DNA from: Eledone cirrhosa
Lineage: Eukaryota
Reading direction: 5' to 3'
Assembly: GCA_964016885.1 (NCBI GenBank)
Contig: OZ024743.1
Coordinates: 47,430,001-47,494,000, forward strand
Length of the DNA stretch: 64,000 bases
Shown here one piece after another: positions 41,994 through 55,045 of this stretch (its first letter is position 1; each line of letters opens with the position of its first letter). The translations under genes were made by a program, and so were the position numbers. Below the pieces are notes generated by a model. The model saw only the letters and a list, made by a program, of their open reading frames with translations, was not told the DNA's origin and did no database searches.

Positions 41994-44900
41994 ATGACCT
42001 CACTCAGAATAGGCAGCATAAATGCGCGTGGCTTGGGGTCGTCATGGAAGCAGGGTCACCTGCTCAACGACCTCAGGTCACTAAACATAGATGTAGTGGC
42101 CATCAGCGAGACCAGAATCTCCGAAGCACGGGCCTTCGCACCGATCTTCGGCGGCTACGATGTGTACGCATCTCCCAGCCGTCCTGGATCGGAGGGAGGA
42201 GTTGCTGTGATTTTTCGGAGAGGTTTGGATCTCGCCATACGGGCCATCTTCCTGAACCCAGAGGGTAAGTTGGTGGTGCTGGACGTGACCAGCGGAGACG
42301 GAAAATCTTTCAGGCTAGTGGCCGTCTATGCCCCGACAGGAGCAGGACGACCTGATTTCTTCCGGCGTCTGGAGACCGTTCTTGGAACGTCCCGCTCTTT
42401 AGTGTTAGTGGGCGACTGGAACGGGATCTTAGATGCACGCTGAGACTGTGTGGGATTAGCGGATAGGGGTGGAGGGTGCAAGAGCCTCACCAACCTGCTC
42501 AGGCGTTTTGAACTGTCTGACAGGTAACGATTGGATTTCCCGAATGTGCCAATGTGGACTTGGACAAATCTCATAGGGTCATCCAGATCATATCTAGATA
42601 GAGTATTTTGTAGGGAAATAGATAGGTCTAGCATAGGCTGTTCACAATTCAAGATAGTCAGCTACACGGACCACAAATTCGTGATCTGTGTGCTTGACTT
42701 AGATAGGCTTCATAGACGAGGACCCGGCTACTGGAAGCTAAACGCGTCCTTACCAGCGCGCAAGGCCTACAGAGACCGGATTAGCGAACTAGTTAAGCGG
42801 GCGTTGACGGGGGCCATCGTCAACAACAAGTGGTGGTTTGCTCTGAAAAGAGCGATTAGAATAGAATCGATTAGGTTTAGTAAGGCTTTAGCAATAGAGA
42901 AAAATAGAGCAGAGGGAGAACTAGTTAGAAAATTAGACGAGGCGCTTAGCAAAGGCATTGCGACCGACGTTCTTGCGGCGAAATTGGCCCTTGACCAATT
43001 CTTCAATGCAAAGCATGAAGGCTACGTTGTCAGAGCTAGGGTCCGTGCTCTTAGACACGAGGAGACGAAAGCCGTTCAATGGGCCCGAGTGGCGGAGGCG
43101 CGTCGTGGCAACTAAGCCACGATCTGGTCTTTGGTGGACCACGACGGGCGCATGCTACTCGATCCCGGGCAAATGTGTGAAGCTTTTCAGCAACACTTCG
43201 CTCAGCTGTTCGGGGGCAGCGGTGGGCCGGGTCGAGGGATGGACTTTAGTGTCTACCTCGACGGACTGCCGCAGGTCTCGGCCACTGAGGCGGAGTGTTG
43301 CGAAAAGCCGATAACAGCCGCTGAAGTAAGGGAGGCAATGACTGGCTGCACAAGGGGTAAATCGCCTGGTTTGGATGGTCTGCCCTATGAACTTTACGTA
43401 CAGATGCCAGACTTGTTCGGAGGCCTCTTGGCGGACGTCTACTGCAACTGGCAACAGAACGGGAGAATTCCCAGCTCTGTGAGCCGAGGAGCGGTGGCGC
43501 TGCTGAGAAAGGATCCGAACAAGGGGGATAACATAAATAATTTTAGGCCCATAACTCTGCTAAACACTGAGTTCAAGATTTTGGCCAAGGTGCTAGCAAA
43601 GAGGTTGGCGCTTGTCGTTGGTGGTCTGGTGGGAGAGGCGCAGACATGCGCCATTCCCGACAGATCCATCCACGACAACCTCCACCTCATGCGATACATC
43701 GTAGAGAGGGAAGCTAGGGAACCTGGCACGGGTGGGTCCTTGATCAATTTAGATCAGTCGAAAGCTTTCTATAGGGTCGACCATCGTTACCTAGCGGCAG
43801 TCCTGAGGGCGGCTGGCTTTGGGCCCGTCTTCAGAGGCTGGATCGCTGCCATGCACGGCGACATCTGCTCTGTGGTGAGAGTGAACGGTCACCTTTCGGA
43901 ACCGTTCAACATCATGCGCTCGGTCCGCCAAGGATGTCCCCTCTCGTCCCTATTGTACGTATTGACTCTCGAGCCATTACTGCACAAACTGGAGACGTTG
44001 AGGGGCGTCCCGCGCGAACTAGGATGCGGAAGATCCGTGTCAGCATATGCGGACGATGTCACCGTAGTGGTGTCGAACGCCAAACACATCGAGGCGATCG
44101 GCACTACACTAAGAGAATACGAAGCGGTGACAGGAGCAATGATCATCCAGGAAAAGTCAGTGGGCCTGCAGCTCGGCACCTGGAGAGGCAGGTCCATGCC
44201 GTCCAACAGCGTCCTCGGACGCTGGACGGACGGACCGGTTAAATTGCTAGGGGTCTGGTTCGTTCCGAACCTCCAGGCGGACAAAAACTGGGACGAGGTG
44301 CCGAGCAGGGTGGCTTCTTTCACCCAGAAATGGGCCGAGAGGAAGCTATCCCTGAAAGGTCGAGCGGAGGTGGCTAACGCGTACATCGCGTCTGTCATCT
44401 GCTACCGCCTGACCGTCGTACCTTGTCCTAAGCCCCGCCTGACTGCGCTGGAGCGTTTGCTCTTTCGCTTTTTGTGGAAGGGATGCGCTCCGATGGTCAG
44501 GCGGTCCATCTGCTGTCAACACCCGCTACGTGGAGGGCTGGGAATGCCGTGGCTGATGATGCGCAGACACGCGCTCAGGCTACGACATCTCCACATCTTC
44601 CTCGACGGTGATCAGGTGTGGTCGCCGTTTGCTAGACACGTATTTCTCCAGCTCGTTTCCTTGACGGAGCTGCAGTCCTGGGTCAAGCGAAGACCGAGAG
44701 GGAGCGCCTGGAGACTGGAATGTCTTCAGGCGCTCACAGCCCTCGACCAATCGGGCAATGTGATCGGTGGAAACTCCACCTCGGCGTTCTATAGAGGATT
44801 AGTGGAGGGGAAGAGCGACGACGTATTTGGGGAAACTCTAGGCGTCGACGAAAATCAACTAGCCAATCTCTTCGGAAGAACTTTCGGGCCAGGGCCTATG

Positions 44901-45289
44901 GACAACTTCCAGAAATCCCTGACCTGGCAGTGCTACCTGACTTGTGGGTTTATGTCGAACACCTGCTGTCGCGTGTAGGACGGATCCGGCTATCATCTGA
45001 GTCCATCGTGAGGATTGCCCCGCCCTCCTCATTTAGCCGGGAAGGGCAGGCAGTTTTTATCTGTCTGGTGGCCATGGCGAAAGAGATAGTATGGTGGACA
45101 CGTTTGAAAGGGCTGAAGACGAGCACTTACCTCTTCGGTGATGCTCTGATTGACTTTTTCAAATTTCATTTGAAAAGGAAAATCAGAGTAGAGAGGGAAG
45201 TGCTCTCTTCCCAGCATTTTGTTGAAAGGTGGGTGAGAGAAGCAAGAATGGCCCGAGTGAATGGGCCTACTCTGAGTATATATCTGTAA
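41994..45289 (+). pseudogene. Tx1 ORF2 (APE-RT) with nonsense mutations and a zinc-finger deletion
   Basis: SINARGL, ISET, GDWN, YLDR, TDH, PGLDG, RQGCPLS, YADD. Stops at 42441 and 43113; deletion at about 44937. Confidence 0.92.
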
Positions 45290-46708
45290 ATTAAAGGTGG
45301 AAAACTGGGAGAGGGCACTTGCCTTGGTGGTCAGGCTCATTGTGGCCTTTTACTGGGCTTTCTCCACAAATGTCCCTCCGAAGTCTCCCCCCTACTGGGG
45401 AATTTTTCATTGTTATTTTTTGTTACATCCTCTGTTTTTGTTTTTTACACGCAGAAATGCCCATTTGTACCGTCCTGTATTGTCCTGCACTGTCCTTAAT
45501 GTCTACTTTATGTAAACCCTTGGAGACTGGAATGTCTTCAGGCGCTCACAGCCCTCGACCAATCGGGCAATGTGATCGGTGGAAACTCCACCTCGGCGTT
45601 CTATAGAGGATTAGTGGAGGGGAAGAGCGACGACGTACTTGGGGAAACTCTAGGCGTCGACGAAAATCAACTAGCCAATCTCTTCGGAAGAACTTTCGGG
45701 CCAGGGCCTATGGACAACTTCCAGAAATCTCTGGCCTGGGAGTGCTACCGAGGAGCCTTGCCAGTTCGGGATAAACTCTACAGGCATGGAGGTGCCGTCA
45801 GCCGGGCATGTCCGAGATGCTCGCAGGGCGACGAAACCGTCCTGCACGCACTCGTCCAGTGTCCGAAAATTACTGACTTGTGGGTTTATGTCGAACACCT
45901 GCTGTCGCGTTTAGGACGGATCCGGCTATCATCTGAGTCCATCGTGAGGATTGCCCCGCCCTCCTCCTTTAGCCGGGAAGGGCAGGCAGTTTTTATCTGT
46001 CTGGTGGCCATGGCGAAAGAGATAGTATGGTGGACACGTTTGAAAGGGCTGAAGACGAGCACTTACCTCTTCGGTGATGCTCTGATTGACTTTTTCAAAT
46101 TTCATTTGAAAAGGAAAATCAGAGTAGAGAGGGAAGTGCTCTCTTCCCAGCATTTTGTTGAAAGATGGGTGAGAGAAGCAAGAATGGCCCGAGTGAATGG
46201 GCCTACTCTGAGTATATATCTGTAAATTAAAGGTGGAAAACTGGGAGAGGGCACTTGCCTTGGTGGTCAGGCTCATTGTGGCCTTTTACTGGGCTTTCTC
46301 CACAAATGTCCCTCCGAAGTCTCCCCCCTATTGGGGAATTTTTCATTGTTATTTTTTGTTACATCCTCTGTTTTTGTTTTTTACACGCAGAAATGCCCAT
46401 TTGTACCGTCCTGTATTGTCCTGCACTGTCCTTAATGTCTACTTTATGTAAACCCTTGTGGTTAATAAAGAAATCATTATTATTATTATTATTATTATTG
46501 GCGACCTACGTAGTAAATCGTATCATCGTGAGCTCCGCAAAGGTTTGTTATTTCCGTTTGTTAAAAATTGTCATTTATGGAAAATTTTATTGTTAACTGT
46601 TTATAAGCGCACATACATTGTTTTCCGAAAAGGACACCCAAAAAGATTGGGGTCTTGTGCCCAAAATTTAAACTTTTATTATTATCAAAAAAAATTTCTT
46701 TGAAAAAA

Positions 46709-48723
46709 ATGGCTAATTCACCTCTGCACCAAACAGCTGAAAGCCTTCCTCACAAATTAACACCTCACACCGACACCACCATTGTAAATGTTACTACGTT
46801 TGCCAACACAAAAAAAAAATATATAAGCAGTAGCAATATTTTAAATTTGTCTCAGGCAGACATTCATTTCCCGCCATTACCAATGACTGCAGGTGTTAAA
46901 GCCTCCTCCACCACCACCACCGCGACAACCACCACCACCACCACCACCGCGACAACAGAAACAAAAGAAGAAAAAAATAAATTAACTCGTGATGTCGAAA
47001 TGAAATCAAGCAAAATGGACTCTTCCCCACCAAAGACGACTGACGTCACCACCACCACAACTGAAACTAAAATTAATATTAACACAAATAACGATAGCAA
47101 CAACAACAACAATGACATTATAAAAACGCCCCTCAGTTTTGCAATAGTAGCAAAACCGTTCGAAGCATATACGGTAACTCAGGAGGATTTAGAAAATGCC
47201 AAACAAATGGTAAAGAAAGATGGGTACAGGGTCAGCCTCACCCCCCCACCCCCCACCCCCACCCCACCTAATAAAATGGAGCATCGGCGCCTATGCACCG
47301 TGTCGTATAGAACAATAAATGTAAAATCGCGCCGAGTGGAACGGGCATCCGAGTCCCAAATCCAAAAAGCTTTGGGACATGTGTGGGCAAGAAAAACCCA
47401 CATCAGACGTGGGCAAAAGTATGGAACCGTGGACGTGTTCTTTGAAACACCAGAGGAGGCTAGAGAACACTCCATGGCCCCATTAAGAAGTGACGACTTC
47501 ACACTCGTCCCAAGCTATTGTGGCCAGAGACTCGTAAAGATCAGGGTGACCCACGTTCCACCGGCCATCGAAATTCCCTTGCTAATAGCGGCTGTCCTCG
47601 CCGGCATCGAAGTCAACACGAAAATAATAGCAATAGCAAAAGAAAAGCAGGAGAACTGGTCCGGATCTGGGATGGAGCTCCTGATCCAAGTGGACCAAAA
47701 AAGCATTGAGGAGATCCCAGAGGTAATAGACCTCATTGACGGCAGCCACCTCACGGTAATTGTCGAGGGCAGAAGACCTAGGTGTGTCGTTTGTGGTGAA
47801 GGAACCCACCTAAGGGCTTTCTGCCCTCAGGCTAAAAGGTTGAAGCCACCTCTCCTACCCACCCCAGTGACACAACTATCAACACCACCAGTAGCAGAGA
47901 TGGCAGCAACAACTGTAGCAGCAACAACAGAAGCAACTATAACAGCAACAACCCCAGCAACAGTAGCAAAACCAACACCACCACCACCACCAGCAAAACC
48001 AACACCACCACCACCCAACGCTTCAGAACCAGCACCAGCGCCTACACCATCCACCACGCCACAACCAAAACTAACGGCTGTGGAGGATTTTCCACTCCCC
48101 GGCCTATCACAACTGGAGACAGATTGTGACGACGAGGAGTGGGAAACGATATCCGGAAAAAAAAAAGAAACCAAAAAAGAAAAATTTCTCTTCCTTCCCC
48201 CTCCAAAAACAAAATACAGAGGGAAACAAATAAATTAAGAAAGAAAAAAGTTAGGACAGATATGCCACCATCCACACCAGCATCACCAACCCCATCAACC
48301 CAAACACCAACACCATCACCATCATTAACCCCAACACTACCATCACCTACACCACAAAAGTCACCAAAATGCGAAACAGAAACAAACCCACAACAAACGC
48401 AAACAAAACAAAACAACCAAAACGATACACACTACACAGCATTAAATTTGAACAACAAGCAATTATTACACTACATCCAACACAACACCAGCATCACAGA
48501 AAAAGACTACACAACAACCCCAAAATTCACACCACCTCCACACATACAAATCACTCGCATCACACAGAAAACGTACATGACACTAAAACAAAAATTCCCC
48601 AAAGACATCGGAGACTTCCGACAAGCACTCTCCAGGAGGATTTATAAGGACATCCTTCCTGAGGAGGCCACAAGCAGTGAAAAGGATGGAAAAACCGTCC
48701 TTCCCCTACGAGAAGTAAGGTAA
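46709..48723 (+). CDS. Tx1 ORF1 (zinc knuckle); one frameshift in or near the A run at about 48160
   Basis: CVVCGEGTHLRAFC; ORFs 46655-48238 and 48139-48723 overlap across the homopolymer. Confidence 0.85.
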
Positions 48724-48757
48724 GTGGTCTTTCCCATCTTTTCCACTCGTTTTCAAC

Positions 48758-51700
48758 ATGACCTCACTCAGAATAGGCAGCATAAATGCGCGTGGCTTGG
48801 GGTCGTCATGGAAGCATGGCCACCTGCTCAACGACCTCAAGTCACTAAACATAGATGTAGTGGCCATCAGCGAGACCAGAATCTCCGAAGCACAGGCTTT
48901 CGCACCGATCTTCGGCGGCTACGATGTGTACGCATCTCCCAGCCGTCCGGGATCGGGGGGGGGGGGGGGGGGCTGTGCTTTTTCGGAGAGGTTTGGATCT
49001 CGCCATACGGGCCATCTTCCTGGACCCAGAAGGTAAGTTGGTGGTGCTGGACGTGACCAGCGGAGACGGCCAAGCTTTCAGGTTAGTGGCCGTCTATGCC
49101 CCGACAGGAGCAGGGCGGCCTGATTTCTTCCGGCGTCTGGAGACCTTTCTTGGAACGTCCCGCTCTTTAGTGTTAGTGGGCGACTGGAACGGGATCTTAG
49201 ATGCACGCTGGGATTGTGTGGGATTAGTGGATAGGGAAGGAGGGTGCAAGAGTCTCACCAACCTGCTCAGACGTTTTGAACTGTCTGACAGGTACCGAAT
49301 GGATTTCCAGAATGTACCAATGTGGACTTGGACAAATCGCATAGGGTCATCCAGATCATATCTAGATAGAGTATTTTGTAGGGAAATAGATAGGTCTAGC
49401 ATAGGCTGTCCACAATTCAAGATAGTCAGCTACACGGACCACAAATTCGTGATCTGTGTGCTTGACTTAGATAGGCTTCATAGACGAGGACCCGGCTACT
49501 GGAAGCTAAACGCGTCCTTACCAGCGCGCAAGGCCTACAGAGACCGTATTAGCGAACTAGTTAAGCGGGCGTTGACGGGGGCCATCGTCAACAACAAGTG
49601 GTGGTTTGCTCTGAAAAGAGCAATTAGAATAGAGTCCATTAGGTTTAGTAAGACTTTAGCAATAGAGAAAAATAGAGCAGAGGGAGAATTAGTTAGAAAA
49701 TTAGATGAGGCGCTTAGCAAAGGCATTGCGACCGACGTACTTGCGGCGAAATTGGCCCTTGACCAATTCTTCAATGCAAAGCACGAAGGCTGCGTTGTCA
49801 GAGCTAGGGTGCGTGCTCTCAGACACGAGGGGACGAAAGCCGTTCAATGGGCCCGAGTGGCGGAGGCGCGTCGTGGCAACAAAGCCACGATCCGGTCTTT
49901 GGTGGACCACGACGGGCACATGCTACTCGATCCCGGGCAAATGTGTGAAGCTTTTCAGCGACACTTCGCTCAACTGTTCGGGGGCAGTGGCGGGCCGGAT
50001 CGAGGGATGGACTTTAGTGTCTACCTCGACGGACTGCCGCGGCTTTCGGCCACTGAGGCGGAGTGTTGCGAAAAGCCGATAACAACCGCTGAAGTACGGG
50101 ATGCAATGACTAGTTGCACAAGGGGTAAATCGCCTGGTTTGGATGGTCTGCCCTATGAACTTTACGTACAAATGCCAAACTTGTTCGGAGGCCTCTTGGC
50201 GGACGTCTACTGCAACTGGCAACAGAACGGGAGAATTCCCAGCTCTGTGAGCCGAGGAGCGGTGGCGCTGCTGAGAAAGGATCCGAACAAGGGGGATAAC
50301 ATAGATAATTTTAGGCCCATAACTCTGCTAAACACAGAGTTCAAGATGTTGGCCAAGGTGCTAGCAAAGAGGTTGGCGCTTGTCGTTGGTGGTCTGGTGG
50401 GAGAGGCACAGACATGCGCCATTCCCGACAGATCCATCCACGACAACCTCCACCTCATGCGATACATCGTAGAGAGGGTAGCTAGGGAACCTGGCACGGG
50501 TGGGTCTTTGATCAATTTAGATCAGTCGAAAGCCTTCGATAGGGTCGACCATCGTTACCTAGCGGCAGTCCTGAGGGCGGCTGGCTTTGGGCCCGTCTTC
50601 AGAGGCTGGATCGCTGCCATGCACAGCGACATCTGCTCTGTAGTGAGAGTGAACGGTCACCTTTCGGAACCGTTCAACATCATGCGCTCGGTCCGCCAAG
50701 GATGTCCCCTCTCGTCCCTATTGTACGTATTGACTCTCGAGCCATTACTGCACAAACTGGAGACGTTGAGGGGGGTCCCGCGCGAACTAGGATGCGGAAG
50801 ATCCGTGTCAGCATATGCCGACGATGTCACCGTAGTGGTGTCGAACGCCAAACACATCGAGGCGATCGGCACTACACTAAGAGAATACGAAGCGGTGACA
50901 GGAGCAATGATCAACCAGGAAAAGTCAGTGGGCCTGCAGCTCGGCACCTGGAGAGGCAGGTCCATGCCGTCCAACAGCGTCGTCGGGCGCTGGACGGACG
51001 GACCGGTTAAATTGCTAGGGGTCTGGTTCGGTCCAGACCTCCAGACGGACAAAAACTGGGACGAGGTGACGAGCAGGGTGGCTTCTCTCACCCAGAAATG
51101 GGCCGAGAGGAAGCTATCCCTGAAAGGTCGAGCGGAGGTGGCGAATGCGTACATCGCATCCGTCATCTACTACCGCCTGACCGTCGTACCTTGTCCTAAG
51201 CCCCGCCTGACTGCGCTGGAGCGTTTGCTCTTTCGCTTCTTGTGGAAGGGACGCGCTCCGATGGTCAGGCGGTCCATCTGCTGTCAACACCCGCTACGTG
51301 GAGGGCTGGGCATGCCGTGGCTGATGATGCGCAGACACGCGCTCAGGCTACGACATCTCCACCTCTTCCTCGACGGTGATCAGGTGTGGTCGCCGTTTGC
51401 AAGACACGTTTTTCCCCAGCTCGTTTCCTTGACGGAGCTGCAGTCCTGGGTCAAGCGAAGTCCGAGAGGGAGCGCTTGGAGACTGGAATGTCTTCAGGCG
51501 CTCACAGCCCTCGACCAATCGGGCAATGTGATCGGTGGAAACTCCACCTTGGCTTTCTATAGGGGATTAGTGGAGGGGAAGAGCGACGACGTACTTGGAG
51601 AAACTCTAGGCGTCGACGAAAATCAACTAGCCAATCTCTTCGGAAGGACTTTCGGGCCGGGGCCTATGGACAACTTCCAGAAATCCCTGGCCTGGCAGTG

Positions 51701-52181
51701 CTACCGAGGAGCTTTGCCAGTTCGGGATAAACTCTACAGGCATGGAGGTGCCGTCAGCCGGGCATGTCCGAGATGCGCGCAGGGCGACGAAACCGTCCTG
51801 CACGCACTCGTCCAGTGTCCGAGCATTGCTGACTTGTGGGTTTATGTCGAACACCTGCTGTCACGTGTAGGACGGATCCAGCTATCAGCTGAGTCCATCG
51901 TGAGGATTGCCCCGCCCCCTTCCTTTAGCCTGGAAGGGCAGGCAGTTTTTATCTGTCTGGTGGCCATGGCGAAAGAGATAGTATGGTGGACACGTTTGAA
52001 AGGGCTGAAGACGAGCACTTACCTCTTCGGTGATGCCCTGATTAACTTTTTCAAATTTCATTTGAAAAGGAAAATCAGGGTAGAGAGGGAAGTGCTCTCT
52101 TCCCAGCATTTTGTTGAAAGATGGGTGAGAAAAGCAAGTATGGCCCGAATGAATGGGCCTTCTCTGAGTATGTGTTTGTAA
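48758..52181 (+). CDS. Tx1 ORF2: APE endonuclease, reverse transcriptase, C-terminal zinc finger; one frameshift in the G run at about 48960
   Basis: All APE and RT motifs intact (GDWN, TDH, DQSKAFD, QGCPLS, YADD) plus CPRC..ETVLHALVQC. Confidence 0.95.
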
Positions 52182-52423
52182 ATTAAAGGTGGAAAACTGG
52201 GAGAGGGCACTTGCCCTGGTGGTCAGGGCCACTGTGGTCTTTTAATGGGCTTTCTCCACAAATGTCTCTTGGAAGTCTCCCCCCTATTGGGGAATTTTTC
52301 TTTGTTATTTTATTTCAACCTCTGTTTTTTTACACGCAGAAATGCCCATTTGTACCGTCCTGTATTGTCCTGTACTGTCCTTAATGTCTACTTTATGTGA
52401 ACCCTTGTGGTTAATAAAGAAAA

Positions 52424-52473
<50 letters not shown>

Positions 52474-53450
52474 GGCTGATTCATTTGAGGAGGAGAAGGG
52501 CGCATTTCCCGAGTGCCCTTGAAGCGTCGGGTGGTTCAGGATTGGTAGGATACCTGAGTCGCCCCTGGGTGGTTCTCTCCTTATTGGAGCACTATTTTCT
52601 GTATCTCTTGCAGAGATGGCTTTCCAGTTATCTGGTCCAAATATTTTTCAGTTCGCTTTTTTATCATTCCAAGTTCACCGACTATAATTAGTATTGTACA
52701 GGCCTTAAGATGCCACATTTTCTCAATTTCAATTGTAAGATCTTTATACTTACTGAGCTTTCTGAACTCTTTCGAGATGTTACTTTCTGATGGAATGCAC
52801 GTGTCAATTAAGAAACATGTTTTCTCTCTACGGTCCTTCAAAATTATATCAGATCTATGGCCTTGATTGTTTGGTCAGTGTTCTCGGAGAAATCCCATAG
52901 GATTGTCACATTCTCGCCTCCTGTTACTACATCTTGGTAATGGTTTTACTATTTTCCCTCCGTTTTTTAGACCATAAAACCTGCACATTACCCAGTGTAG
53001 GTATTGTCCCGCTTTACCATGTCTCATTATATATTCCTGGGGAGCTAATACTTTGCAGCCTGAAACCAGGTTGTCAATGGTTTCAACATGTGCATCACAG
53101 AATCGACACTTTGGGTCAGTTCCATTTCTGATCACATTCAATTGAAAGTTGCACGTTGACAGATACTGGTCTTGTACAGCCAATGTGAAGCCTTCACTCT
53201 CTGCCTTTAGCCCTGAATTCCGCAGCTACTAATGGGTGAGAGTTTGATCTACATCAGGGTCTTTGCTAAGGAGAAGATACTGCTCATGCAATAGTTTTTG
53301 CTCCCATTTAGTGCACAGTCTCTGTTGGCCCTCATGTTTTGCCAACATTTTGATATTCTTTGCAGCTTTCATTGCAAAATCGTCATCATTTTCAAGATAT
53401 ATTCCCAGTTCTTCTACAAACTTCCTACTTTTCTTTGTCACTATTTTATT
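52474..53450 (-). pseudogene. Decayed R4/Dong-like RLE 3' remnant
   Basis: AVQDQ..CRFCDAHVETIDNLVSGC..RH, LIDTCIP, KLSKYKDL, IIVGELG; shares the (TAA)n tract with the Tx1 tail. Confidence 0.85.
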
Positions 53451-54184
53451 TTTATCTCTTTCTTCTTTTACTCTACTTCGGTAAAGGGTTTATCCCGAAA
53501 CGTTATTTTTTTTACTTTTCTCATTATCCGAATAATCCGCGTGAATGTATTTTCTCAACGCCTGAACAACTTTAAGTAATGCGATAACAGATGAAAACAA
53601 TAGAGCTGTGTGTACATTGAGTACTAGAAAGATGTATATGTAGGAACAAGGCAGTTGCATAAAAGATGGAAACTAGACAAAATAAGAAAACAGGGCGAGA
53701 ATATACAAGTAAAAAATCTACTCTATTTAATGCATCCATTAAACGAAATAATAGAAAAATAATATACATTTAATATATATTTTACGAAAATTCACCGAAT
53801 TAAAATTTGAAAATTCGCACAGAACTTGCAGTATGTAATCTATATGTTAAAGCATCTGCTAGGTTAGAAAACTGCTGGAATTTGGTTTGTTTTGTTTTTG
53901 TTCGAAATAACAACAAATATCAGCAGCAGCAGTAGTAGTAGTAGTAGTAGTGGTGGTGGTGGTGGTGGTGGTGGTGGTGGTGGTAGTAGTACAAGCTATA
54001 TTTAAAGGCACGTCTGCATCAATCTCTCTTCCTACGAGAGTATGATGATATTCACACTCGCTTCTGTTAACTGAATCTTGTTGGTGCATGTGATATATAA
54101 ACTTGACACTGTGACATTCTCGGTCGCCATCTTAGCGAACGAAACATGTCTAATTTTGACGATGCTGTGTGAATATGTGTATTT

Positions 54185-54537
54185 TGTTGTTGGTGGTGGT
54201 GGTGGTGGTGGTGTTGGTGGTGGTGGTGTTGTTGTTGGTGGTGGTGGTGGTGTTGGTGGTGGTGGTGGTGGTGGTGGTGTTGGTGGTGGTGGTGGTGTTG
54301 TTGTTGTTGGTGGTGGTGGTGGTGGTGGTGGTGGTGGTGGTGGTGGTGGTGTTGGTGGTGGTGGTGGTGGTGGTGTTGGTGGTGTTCGTGGTGGTGGTGT
54401 TGTTGTTGTTGTTGTTGGTGGTGGTGCTGTTGTTGGTGGTGGTGGTGGTGGTGGTGGTGGTGGTGTTGTTGGTGGTTTTTTTGTTTTACTACGTCCTATT
54501 TCCCTTCAAACACTTGTCCATCATCACCATCATCATC

Positions 54538-54568
<31 letters not shown>

Positions 54569-54668
54569 CCATCATCACCATCATCATCATCACTATCATC
54601 AACATCATCATCACCATCAACATCATCATCACCACCATCATCATCATCATTGTCGTCATCATCATCAG
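54185..54668. repeat. (GGT/GTT)n followed by (CAT/CAC)n microsatellites
   Basis: Direct reading. Confidence 0.9.
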
Positions 54669-54986
54669 ATGCTAACAAACTTATAAATGTTAAAATGAAA
54701 TTCTGAGAACCAACAGCTGGGGAAATATCCAATTTTCCCACCAGGGGTGCCCTTTCTCTGGAGGATGTCATCTGCCGCCCGAAAGGATAACTTCAATGAC
54801 TAGATAAAAGGTGGTAGTAAGAAGAGAGAAGGGAAAGAGGGGAAACAAACGAATGATTAAATAGAAATGAAGTAAAGAGAATATATATGTGTGTGTATGT
54901 GTGTGTGTATGTGTGTGTATAAATATGTGTGTGTGTATAAATGTGTATGTGTGTGTGTGTGTGTGCCTGTGTATGTGTCTATGTAT

Positions 54987-55045
<59 letters not shown>

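Larger units (their letters stand above)
39615..46499 (+). mobile_element. Tx1/L1-clade LINE copy 1 (defective, with duplicated 3' end)
   Basis: 5'UTR, ORF1, ORF2, 3'UTR, aataaa and (ATT)n tail at 46476-46499; preceded by (ATT)n. Confidence 0.92.
46500..52473 (+). mobile_element. Tx1/L1-clade LINE copy 2, full length and nearly intact
   Basis: Starts immediately after the copy 1 tail; (ATT)n tail at 52425-52473. Confidence 0.95.

Noticed and set aside
43155-51854. Antisense ORFs conserved between Tx1 copies (for example 43889-44398 and 50657-51166)
   Set aside because: Explained by near-identity of the copies and GC-rich codon usage on the opposite strand.
53475-53510. GGGtttatCCC-GAAACGTT half hammerhead
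   Set aside because: 5' core missing and no stem I.
54078-54686. Gly-rich/His-rich protein
   Set aside because: Adjacent (GGT)n and (CAT)n microsatellites; no splice or domain evidence.
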